This document shows, one piece after another, positions 13,321-24,340 of a DNA stretch of 64,000 nt. Made by a program: the position numbers and the translations under genes. The notes below the pieces were generated by a model. The model saw only the letters and a program-made list of their open reading frames with translations. It did no database searches and was not told the origin of the DNA. The first letter of the stretch is position 1, and every line of letters starts with the position of its first letter. The stretch comes from Sphyrna mokarran (Eukaryota): assembly GCA_024679065.1 (NCBI GenBank), contig JAGIQG010000003.1:46314001-46378000 (forward strand). Direction: 5' to 3'.

Positions 13321-13480
13321 CTGACCTTGACTACTTATTTTGAGGATTGATCTTCTTGCAGCACTAGACTCCTGGCATTCACAGCTAGCTGCTCCCAGTG
13401 CAATTGAAGAACCTCCTTCCCCATTGCTGATACACGACATCACGCTTCCTTTTCATTCCGCCTACCAAGACTTCCACTGA
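13321..13480 (-). mobile_element. Remnant of Myb/SANT-like gene of a PIF/Harbinger transposon
   Basis: Manual minus-strand translation with frameshifts gives SVEVLVGGMKRKRDVVYQQWGRR / WEQLAVNARSL / CCKKIN, the spacing of Harbinger Myb_DNA-bind_5 proteins (L..LV.EV..R..VL...W..VA..VNA....QC.KK.N). Confidence 0.5.
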
Positions 13481-13734
13481 GTTAATCTCTCCCCAGCTGT
13501 ACCATTCCTTTCTCCTGCAGTTCAGATTCTCTTCAGCCGTATATCCCTATATCTGCTCTAGCCACAATGCAAATCAACTTTTAGAGGTGCTATGAGTTAT
13601 GAATTTGGCCTCCTGCTGATGCATCTAGCAAATGAATAGGGTGGATGGTATATTGCCTGATTGCAATCAATGAGTGAGAGGTAACCATGTATTGTGATCC
13701 CTATACCTTTCTCAGGGGCTATCCATTTTAATCA

Positions 13735-14023
13735 GGGTGGCATAGTGGCACAATGGTTAGCACTCCTGTCTCACTATGCCAAGGGCATGGGTTCAATTCC
13801 CGCTTGCGTCACTGACTGTGTGGGATTTGCACTTTCTCCCCATCGCTGTGTGGGTTTCCTCCGGTGCTCTGGTTTCCCCTCATAGTCTGAAAGATGTATT
13901 GGTGAGGTGCATTGACCCCGAACAGGCACTGGAGTAGAGTAACGAGGGGAATTTCACAGTAACTTCATCACAGTGTTAATGTAAGCTTTATTATGACTAA
14001 TAAATAAATTTCACTTTTACTTT
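13735..14023 (+). mobile_element. Full-length V-SINE, type-B tail
   Basis: gtggcacaatggttagcact A box, gggttcaattcc B box, tgggtttcctccggtgctctggtttcc V-domain, aataaataaatttcactttt tail. Confidence 0.85.
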
Positions 14024-14394
14024 AACCTCCAGTTTTCCAATTGACAGCTCTATGATTTCTGCAAATTTGTCAGCAACTATACATAAGCAACACTAAAGAA
14101 TGTGCAGTAAAGCTGCACTACTTACAAAATGAGGGCTTGGGATAGTAACAACTATTTCCCATTCATAGCCATGATTGAATAGTGGAGCGGATTTGATGGG
14201 CTGAATGGCCTAATGCTGCTCCTATATTTTATAAATTTATATGGTAGAATGATCATCATTTATTTGAATAATTCTTTTCTACTTGGAAGCATTGTCACAC
14301 AATTTAAAGTCCATTGTTGTTTTTGGGAAAATATGTTCAGAAAAACCTCTTTCCAAACATAAGCTATAACAAAGCAAACTCCAGCAGACACATT

Positions 14395-14574
14395 GGGCAG
14401 GATTTTCCAGCCCTTCTTGGTGACAGGATCTTCTCAAAGGTGATCCACCTGAAGGGTTGCCAGCAGGATGGGCAAGGCATGTGAAGTTCCATAGACATTG
14501 GTGGGACTGGAAGATTCCCCCAGCAGCCCATGGTGAGCTGCCACTGAAAAATGAACTGCGGGAAACATCCGTCC
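14395..14574. mobile_element. Harbinger-like MITE
   Basis: Ends gggcaggattttcc and ggaaacatccgtcc are imperfect inverted repeats. Flanks ATT/ATC. Confidence 0.65.
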
Positions 14575-14667
14575 ATCAGAATATTTTTCAGTGATACCAT
14601 TATGTAGTGACATTCCTCCTCTCACTGCAAACAAGAATTCTGATACTTTTAGTGTGACAATATTTTT

Positions 14668-15010
14668 GGGCAGAATTTTCCCACCCACAACTTGCAGGCA
14701 GGAAAGCAGAGGGAGGCTACCAGAAGCTCTAATGTGGTCCTAATGTCACCGCGAAAGGAATTAGCATGCTGATTCTCAGGGTCTGCTGCGGTGTCCATCC
14801 TGCAACAACACGCTCTCTTGTTTTTCCTTAGAGTCTCAGCAATGGCCACCTCTTTTTATGTCACTGCCAAATCTGCAGAGCTGATTGGAGGCTGGCTGCA
14901 GGGCCATTGACCAATTAAGAGGTTGCCTCTGGGGAGAATGCGGCTCCATTCCCGCTGCATGCCTGTCCAGGCTCGGAACACCTACCCCACCTTCTGAGAT
15001 AATCCTAGCC
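14668..15010. mobile_element. Harbinger-like MITE
   Basis: Ends gggcagaattttccca and tgagataatcctagcc are imperfect inverted repeats. Confidence 0.55.
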
Positions 15011-17320
15011 ACTGTAAATGACACATTCTTCAAATATTTAAATTATTTAACTTTTATGTTGTTAAATAGAAAACAAATTTAGCAGAACTTTTTTTTTCCT
15101 CAATAACAACATTTAAAAAACATATGGATAAGTATATGGATGGAAAAGGATTAGAGGGATATCGGTGAAACACAGGCGAGAATACATACACTGTAATAAA
15201 AAATGCTTTTAATGTTATGTAGTTGTTCCTACTTCTTAGACTGGATGTATCCAAATTTTAATGTGCAAATTGTGTTTTACAATTGTTCTCATATCAAACT
15301 CAACCAAAATGTACTTGTTTACTAACAAGTAATTCTCAAAAGATGAAACATGCTTCTTAGAAAGAGCTCTAGTAGCCATTAGAGATCAAATACAGTGTTG
15401 TTCTTAATCTACAGTGCATCATAGCATGAGATAAAGTAACATTGCTTTCTCCACACAAAAACAGCACAAGTATTGATCCTTTCAAGATTGCACGTTGAAG
15501 TATAATTGATAAGATCTAGTTAAGCTGTGGCTAACTACTGTGTATTATTCTTATCATAAGCCAGCTTCGGCAGGGTATATGATAAGCTCAGGCTGGAATT
15601 GTGTTTGCAGCACTGTGTCCTTTATATGTGGATATTTGTCTGCTTGTCGCTGTTTATTCCAGTCGCCTGAAGGGGAAACGGGCAACTTAAATTGCAGCAC
15701 ATTGATGCTTTACAGAATACAGAATATGGAGGGCTAATTTTAACTCTGACTGAACCAGATTTGCAATTGTTCATGTGCACTAGACTCCCCAGAGTGCACT
15801 GCTCCATTTGTACAGTCAATGTGGAATACATTTGCATCCAACTGATGCACTTTGAAACTGTCTGCAGTGAAGTGGTGCATTTACACACAGCAAGCTCAAA
15901 CCATACCAAGAACGAGTAGTTTTTTTTTTAAAAGTTCATGTGTTCATTTGATAGTAGCAATTCAAAATTATTCATGTAATTAACACTAAAAAGCAAAACA
16001 ATGCAATGGAGCCAATTTTAGAAACTGCAAAGTTATACAATCATTAAAAGCTGCAGGGGATTTTTTTTATAAATCACACTCCTGCCAGTAAAGATCAAAA
16101 ACATTCTGCTAAAATAATTCCTGTGTGATGTCTTCAGGAAATGTTATATCGCACTGGTATCAATGGGACTTTTGAATCTTGGATGCAGTGTAAATGGCTG
16201 AATATTACATGCAAAGCTGCTGGGGTTTCTTAAAGAAGGCTGCTAACATCTTTGGTGGGGCTTTCATGCCACTGTTCTGAGCAAACCTCAGAGGAGTTTC
16301 ACTATTTACCTTGCAATGGCTGTATGGAAGCTGTGCATGGGGGAACACTCAAGTCTCATGAAATATAAAAGTGCTCCTTTATTTATCACTGCAAATAGCT
16401 TATGCCACTACCACACACAGGACTGAAAGGCACGTAACCACCAACACTTCTGTTTAGTATTATACAGCTGTTAACTTTATACTTTAAAACACAGACTACA
16501 CTTGGAAGGACAAAATCCATAAGTTTATTGCCAGGTGTTTGCCCCCCACTATAAATGAACATGTTATTAAAATTTTACACACTGACTTTTATAGTTTACT
16601 AAAATGTTCACGTCAACTTTTACGTGTGTGCTTCAAGATGGACTATGTGAGAATTTTATGTGTGGAAGGAGGTTAAGACTTCTACTCTTCTGGTAATCAT
16701 ATTTCAACACAAAAATTACTCATTCTGAATGATCAAACAGGGGAGAAACTATTCAGCACATACAAACATTCACAATGAAGTAAGTTACCTTTTTGAATGG
16801 GCTCAAAGCTGCGGCCTGGATCAACAGGGGAAGTATTCAAAGGAATTCCATCCCAGAGTCAATGTGGGTATAGGACCTATCTTCCACTGTCCATGTTACT
16901 TTGCTGAGAAGGCTTACTAAGTCTGTATCACAAGGGGAAATATTCAGCTCACAAAAATCCATAACATGCTGAATTCTTATAATTGAACCCTGCGCTGTTT
17001 TCAAAAAAAATGTTACAGTGTCATAGCAACAATCCTGTGGTCACTACAAATATACCCTTTTTTTTATAGTTCCCAGGGCTTTAAGTATTTTGGACAGCTG
17101 CACACATGAGATAATTTAAATGTATCCTGCACAAGAACTTTCAGGTTGCCATGTAACTTAGGGGCAGCACTAGTCACTACCTGAGCAAACTCTGTAGACA
17201 CATCGTTTGCTTTCACTATATGCAACAACATGTATATAGCACCTATATCACACCTTTAACAGCATAAAATATGCCAAAGTACTTCACAGATGCAATTCTC
17301 AAACAACTATTGACAGTGAA

Positions 17321-17725
17321 GAGAGGCAATGACCTAGTAGTATTACCACTAGACTATTAATCTAGAAACTGAGCTAATGTTCTGGGGCTCCAGGTTTGAA
17401 TCCTGTCACAGCAGCTGGTGGAATTTGAATTTAATTAAAAAAATCTGGAATTAATAATCTACTGATGATTATGAAACCATTTTCCGTTGACGGAAAAACC
17501 CAACTGGTTCACTAATGTCTTTTAGGGAAGGAAAATTGCCATCCTTACCTGGTCTGGCCTACATGTGATTCAGGTCCACTGGCTGACTCTCAAATACTCT
17601 CTGAAATAACTTGTCAAGCCATTCAGCGTTATTAATTGTTCAAGAAGGCAGCTCACCACCAACTAAGGATGGGCAATAAATGCTGGCCAGCCAACAATAC
17701 CAATGTCCCATGAGCTAATAAAAAA
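17321..17725 (+). mobile_element. tRNA-derived SINE with LINE-derived tail, inserted in an L2-like fragment (about 17222-18080, minus)
   Basis: B-box-like ggtttgaatcc. Tail ttcaagaaggcagctcaccacc...gggcaataaatgctggcc is the same kind as the LINE tails at about 1385-1487 and 8060-8160. Confidence 0.75.
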
Positions 17726-20380
17726 TTAAGAAACTGAGCTAGAGAGGGAGATATTAAGATAGGTGACCAAATGCTGCCTCTATGTTACATGGCAACCTGA
17801 AAGTTCTTGTGCAGGCCGCATTTAAGATTTTGAGAAACACTGTAAGGGAAAAGAGAGGACTAGGGAGGGAATTTTAGAGTTTACAGTCTAGACAGCTGAA
17901 TCAACGTTGGGAGAAGGATGTGGGGGATGCACAAGAGGTGAGAATTGGAGGAATGCAGAGTTCTGAGAGTTGTAAGACTGAAGAAAATTGCAAAGACAGG
18001 AGGAGTGAAGCCAAGGAGGGATTTGAGTATTTAAAAATCAAAAGATTGATGGACTAGGTGCCCATAAAGGTCAGCAAGCACATTGTCTAAGTTACTTTGC
18101 TGAGTAGGCTAACTGAACCTGCATCACTAAGTGAAGTATTCAGTTGACAAAAAGCTTGCAAGGGAGGTAGTTCTGTGGAATTAACATATGCAACAAAAGA
18201 ATGAAAGTTAGCTGCTGCCAACTAAATAGGATATACCTGAGTCAACTGAACTGAGCAGTTTCATACAACAATATGATACAAACGTGAGGCCACCACCTAT
18301 CAAAAATTTCAGCAAAATAAAATTTGAAAAATTATATATATAAAGATTAGCTAATCATTACAAAAATAATTTCATGCCTAAACATCATCAAATCTAGACA
18401 GATTTATAAACTCAAGTTCAGCTCAGTCTGAAATGCAAGAATTTAATATTTATCTATTACCAGAATTATGATGGTTTAAAATATTAATGTGCCAAGCCTT
18501 TGTTAGGAATGATCATGTTTAATTATTTCTACAAAAGATGAGTGGAGTAAATATTTAATGCAACGTCTATCGAGAGTTGGTTTGGTACTGACCACCAATT
18601 GTTTTTTCACATTGTTCTCAATTTCTCCACCTTGCTCTGTTGAGGCAATTGGGTTCTTTGAAGTAGTTTTTGACTAATCTGCTCTAGTCGTTTTTTGGGA
18701 TTAGCCGCTCTGCCAGAGCATTTCCATGTCTGCATTACCATCGACAGCCTTTTTTGCACATTGGCACAGCTGTCAAGAGCTTCCTGGTGCTTCTCAGGCT
18801 CTCCCCCCCCCACCTCTGCATCTAGCGCAAAAAGTACTGGTATTGATCCAAAGCTTTTGACATGCTAATTTGCTTAGCCACTGCATTAATCACTTTCCCA
18901 TTCTGGCACGCTTCAAAATGGGACATTTTTCAAAGCTGGGATGTCTTTTTCAACAAGAATGCACTTATTTTCAAACAAACACATCCTACTGTCAAGTTCA
19001 TTGGCTGGAGACTTTTGGACAAACTATTTACAAATCTTTTAGTTACAAATCATTACTTTTTGTATTATTACGCATGAAAGCAAAAAGGTGAGACTTTTGT
19101 CTTATGACAAGTTGCGATTTCAAACAGAAAAGCCTTGTGAGACTTTTAAGTATAGAACTAGTTGTTTCAAACGGTAGTCTGTTAGAAATACATCACTTAC
19201 AATTAAGAGCTATTCAACGCAACATTAATTATAATTACATTTTGTATATTTAAGAAAGTCTGAGATTGAGATGGAAATCAATTACATTAGACACAATTAG
19301 CATCTTAATTACAGTAATTTGTTCATCAAAATTAGTAGGAATAGCACCATCATTAACCCACAATAGAGCAAAAGAGGGTCCAATGTTAATTTTATAATTT
19401 GAATCGAACGTAATGACCACTCAGTTGTGGAACAAAATCCTGATTTATACTCATACTTCTAAGATGTATCAAATGAAGATTGTTCTAGTCATCACAAAAA
19501 TCAATTAATGTCAAACATTAGGTTGGACAGACATTCAAGTCTTGAATATCAATCAGATCAGAAATATATTGAATATTTGCCTATTTCCAAAATCATCACC
19601 GCTGGGGAAAAATGAGTTTTCTGTTAACCTCTGACCTCTGTAGTTGAAAGAAACAAAGCGTCGTTCTGGAGCCATGTCAGAACACAGTCAAATGGCAAAC
19701 GGCAGGGGATCAGACTGTCAAAACAACACTTGGCACTCAATACTGGACAGTCTCTGATGCTCCTGCTATTCAGAGACAAACCATGAAAAATGATCTGGAA
19801 AAGCCCAGGCTAAAGCAACATTAGCAGCACTTATTTGTGTTGCTGAAGTCACTTTCACTTTCAAACTTTATGCTGGACATTAATAGTTACAAAACAGGCT
19901 GCAAGGAACAGTTTGCAGCAAGGATAATTGTGTTTTTCCCCATATGGTGTAGGTTGACATACCTGATTTTCCACTGCCCATAAATTAAAGCAACTGTTAA
20001 CAAGAATGTTTTATAATCCTCAAGGAGCACGGTTGTTAGTTATTGCATTTAACTTGGAACCAATTGGATTATCTGCCTTATTAAAGTAAGCATTAGTGCT
20101 ACCCTTCGTCTGCCAGATATGTTGCAGCAAAATAAAATTAAGAGTTAATTTATAAGATTATCATGCTTTGCTTACTTCATTTTGGTTCGCGTTCTTAACA
20201 CAGTTAATAGCAACAAGTATACAAAATATTCAACGGGCATGGAGTTAACCTAAAATCTACTGGAAAATAGTTCATAGGTAAAACTTGCCATTTAATATAT
20301 AACATTACAGAGGAAGTTCACTGTGTCTGTCACACGCAGGCAAACAAGCAAAGCAAGTGTGCATTCTGGAATGAAAATCG

Positions 20381-21317
20381 AGGGTGTGATTTTAACATCT
20401 TGCTGCGCCCAACGAACAGCGCGGTGAACCAGAAAAACTAGTGTGCAATGCTATAAATCCAATTAGTGCCCAGCGCCAAGCAGTTTGCTATTTTCCTGGC
20501 CCCTCTCCAATGGCACGAACTCTTTCATGCCCAGAAAGGGGGTGGGGGGGGTGGGGGTGCTGATTAGCATATTTAAAATAGCATTTTACCATGCATGGCT
20601 TATTCAAAACCCAGTGCAGAGAATCTTCTGGCCTTGGGCTCAGCGCCATCATGGCAAGAACTGGTACAGGTCTCTACAAACACAAACATGGCCAGCTGGT
20701 CATACCAGTGAAGGGGGGTGGGGGGGGCGTTGCTTAGGAACATGTCAGAACTACCCACTTGGCACTGCCCACTGGATACTCTAACAGTGTCCAGCATGCA
20801 TCCTGGCAGTGGCAGAAACCCCTGCAGCGCCCGTTGGGCATTGTCAGTACACCAGAAGCAGTGCCGGGGTGGGGGGGAGGTGAGGACCATGATGAGGGGT
20901 TCTATGCTTCAGAGGTTGTGCAGAGGTGGATCATGGGAGGGGTCACGACGGGGCGAGGGGGGTACCTCAGTATTTTCACAAGGCCACCCATTTTTGAGAG
21001 CGCTGAAGCCCAAGTGCAGGCGACCTATGTCGGGGTGGGAAGGGGGAGGGCGGTATCCCTCGATGTCTGTGGGAGGCGGGTGTCTCTGAGAGACACTGAG
21101 AGATTGGGGTATCCTTGCGAAACAATGCCCAGGCTCATCAGTGTGTTTAGGCCTCAGTCCCCTCTGTACTGGTGCACAACTCACCACTCTCTAAAAGCGA
21201 CTAGAGTGTGGAACGATTGTAGTCCGGAATGCACCTGAGAGACCGGCACAGGTCACTCCATTTTTCTCACCATTATTAAACTTTGTTTTTTGTGGGGGTG
21301 GGGAGAAGAATTCTGCC
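20381..21317. mobile_element. GC-rich non-autonomous Harbinger-like element
   Basis: Sharp GC-rich island in an AT-rich intron, with ends agggtgtgatttt and agaattctgcc resembling the MITE TIRs. The overlapping ORFs here are low-complexity. Confidence 0.5.
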
Positions 21318-21932
21318 AGAAATTTATACAAAGGCATGACAGAGAATAGTTACAGCAGGTAGATTTTGGCTGAAATGCGAGTGTGAGTGATGAAAGGGTT
21401 GCTGGATCAATTTTAACTGTGCACCTTCTCCAGTAGGAACGACACGTGGGAGGAATTAAAATCCTCTGACTGAATTTACTGAGGTTGCTTCGTTTCCTCT
21501 TGATAACAATTATCTCCCTGAACTTTCAAGTCAGCCGTGCTGCCTGCTACAAGCAGGCAGGAGCCTCATAAGTACTTTTTATATCTGGATTCTGTGATGT
21601 ATTAGGAACTCCAATGATATTTAAGAACAAAAGACAGAGTCTCACTTCATCAGCGAGTTAGGAAGTTGGCTGCAGAGTGCATTGGCTGCAGGATTGCAAG
21701 AGGCCACATGCTGCAGGCACTCGAATCAGCTGTAACAGATTGTAATTGAGTATTTCAGCTTTGGAGTGTTTAGGCAGTTGATTAATTGTTTATTCTGAGC
21801 ACTTTACTTAGGATTGAAGAGGTTTCTGACAACTAACCTTCAAGAAGCTGGAACTGATAAAGATAGGGACTGCTCTACGTGCACCGTACTGGGTGCAGGA
21901 AGAGAAAAGGCAGCAGCATCATCACAACATGT

Positions 21933-22233
21933 GGCGTGGTGGCACAGTGGTTAGCACTGCTGCCTCACAGTGTCAGGGATCCGGGTTCAATTCCAGCCTC
22001 GGGTGAACATCTGTGCAGAATCTGCATATTCTCTCTTTGGTTTCCTCTGGGTGCTCCGGTTTCCCCTCGCAGTCCAAAGACGTGCAGGTTAATTGGACTG
22101 GCCATACTAAATTGCCACTTAGTGTCAGGGGATTAGCATGGGTTACAGGGATAAGGCCTGAATGAGATTGTTGTAGTTGCTGGCTTGATGGGCTGAATGG
22201 CCTCCTTCTGCACTGTAGCGATTCTACGATTCT
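21933..22233 (+). mobile_element. HE1-like V-SINE with CR1-type tail
   Basis: ggtggcacagtggttagcactgctgcctcacag...gggttcaattcc head, V-domain, tail gatgggctgaatggcctccttctgcactgtag.gattctac. Confidence 0.88.
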
Positions 22234-23439
22234 GTGCAAGAGCAGTTGCACCCGGACCTCTCAAATGCTGCAGCCAAGAGCACATTTTGCAAAAAGGCTC
22301 ACCCACCCGATAGGGCAGACAGGTCAAGAGTCATCTTTTTCAACCTGTGTGAAGAGCAGTGTCAAAGGAGGCTGTACTTGTCCATGGTATTCAAACTCTG
22401 CAGTCTATTACAGCAAAACCTGCTGCTTGGTCAACCAAGAGACCAATACCAATAAAACTTACCATTACTCTCAGTTCTTGTGCCTAAGCACAAGGCTATT
22501 GCCATTAAGCTATTGTGCCTAATAGCCCTTCTTCGAGATTATTTTTGCTTCTATTACAAAGATTTCATGTTAGGTTGGTTAAATGACCCACCAATGCACT
22601 ATTTTCAAAGATTAGTCAGTACATTTCCTTTCCAATGGATGATAATAGTCACAATGAGGACATAAAAATTCATAGTAGTGGTACACCTCCCCTAAGTGCC
22701 ACGTAAAACAACACTGCACTAACTAAAGGTGGACCTTTTGCATTTTCAGACACTGTGCCCAAATACTTTGGCACTTTTTCTCTTGCAAAGAAAAGAATTA
22801 TGTGTGGCTACATAAAACAAAAAGTAGAGATAATGAATGACTTGTACATGTAATAGAGAAATTGAGAAGAGAATGATACAAGATGTTAAGAAAATGGGGT
22901 TACATGGAGTGAAAAGTGAGTGCCTTGAATGAAAACTAAGGAGGTAGTGTCAAAAAGAAAGTGCAGTTGAGAGTTAATGAAAAGTGGGAATAGCAACTAA
23001 AGCAAGGAATGTACGTTAGCAGAGCTGGTAGACCAGCAAGGAGGGAAAGATGACAATTCGAGGTGATCTGAATAGTGTAGGAGTGAGGTGAAGGTGAACA
23101 GAGGAAATGCTAGAGATTGCAAAAGGAGGAGTGTACTGACCATTCCTGATCCACAAATTTTAGAAAGATAATTTTACTCCATTCTTAATGTTACAAAGCC
23201 AATGCTCAGAATGGGCCTGTCAGACCCAAATCCATGCCTTGCTTGCTCCAAAATCCAAATTCAAATTCATAGTATCCAATTCATAGTTCCCACAAGAGAG
23301 CTAAATAAAATCCAAACTGCCAAGATAAGGCATTGCACTCCATCTTGGCTTGATCCGACACTTGATCTTAACCAAAAGGCCAATTCCTGATCTAGTAATG
23401 CCAATGAATTCAGGTTTTCGGCAGAGTGCTGACTCTTCT

Positions 23440-23773
23440 TCTGCTATCTTACCTTTATGCCACTATTAGCACCTTCTTTAGTCTTTGTCACTACCATTAA
23501 CACTTTCTCTGTCTTGTGTCCATGGCATCCTTGTCAAATCTCTCCTAAACTCCTATCTAATCCTGACCTTATATGATGTTCCACCCCATCTTCAAAGTAT
23601 AAAATTCATCACATTTCTACCTCCCTTCAACTCTGAAGAGTCTGAAAAAGAGTCAAGGCAACTCAAAACATTAACTCTTTTTATCTTTCAACAGGTGCTG
23701 CCAGAACTGCAAAGTTTTTGTAGCATTTTCAGTTTTTATTTCAGATTTCCAGCATCCAGAATATTTTGTTTTT
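23440..23773 (+). mobile_element. Penelope-like pLTR fragment (family B)
   Basis: Ends caggtgctgccagaactgc...agcattttcagtttttatttcagatttccagcatcc. Degenerate hammerhead-like motif at 23642-23675. Confidence 0.65.
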
Positions 23774-24040
23774 AACCCAGGAACTCTATCCAGATCATTG
23801 GCGTGATCGCTTGCAACTTCCTCTACCATCAACAAACAGACAATCCTAGTGATGCTACTGGACATTCTTTTACCGCTTAGTGGAAAAGGAAATCCCCACC
23901 TTGTCCTTGATACTGTAAATAGTGCTGCAGTGAGACATCAGAAAACTGGGAACAAATCTTTGCCTCTCTGTAACTATCCTCAAGAAGCAACTCAGTAACA
24001 AGACTCATATTGAATGAATTCAACTTCCTGTTAAGAAGTA

Positions 24041-24340
24041 GGGCAGAAAAGTGGCACAGTGGTTAGCACTGCTGCCTCACAGTGCCAGGGTTACAGGTTC
24101 AATTCCCGGGTTGGTGACTGTCTGTGTGGAGTTTGCACACTCTCCCCATGTCTGTGTGGGTTTCCTCCCACAGTCCAACAATGTGCAAGTTAGGTGGACT
24201 AACCATGCTAAATTACCCCTTAGTGTCAGGAGGACTAACTAGAGTAAATGCATGGTGTTATGGGGATAGGGCTTGGGTGGAATAGTGGTTGGTGCATTCT
24301 ATGGGCCAAATGGCCTCCTTCTGCACTATGGGATTCTAAG
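24041..24340 (+). mobile_element. HE1-like V-SINE with CR1-type tail
   Basis: Colinear with the 21933 copy. Confidence 0.88.

Noticed and set aside
20485-21238. Several overlapping 90-160 aa ORFs
   Set aside because: GC-rich repeat interior with few stop codons and no recognisable domain.
21933-22005. tRNA genes at SINE heads (also 13735, 24041, 11883)
   Set aside because: A and B boxes are present but continue into SINE bodies and tails, with no intact cloverleaf.
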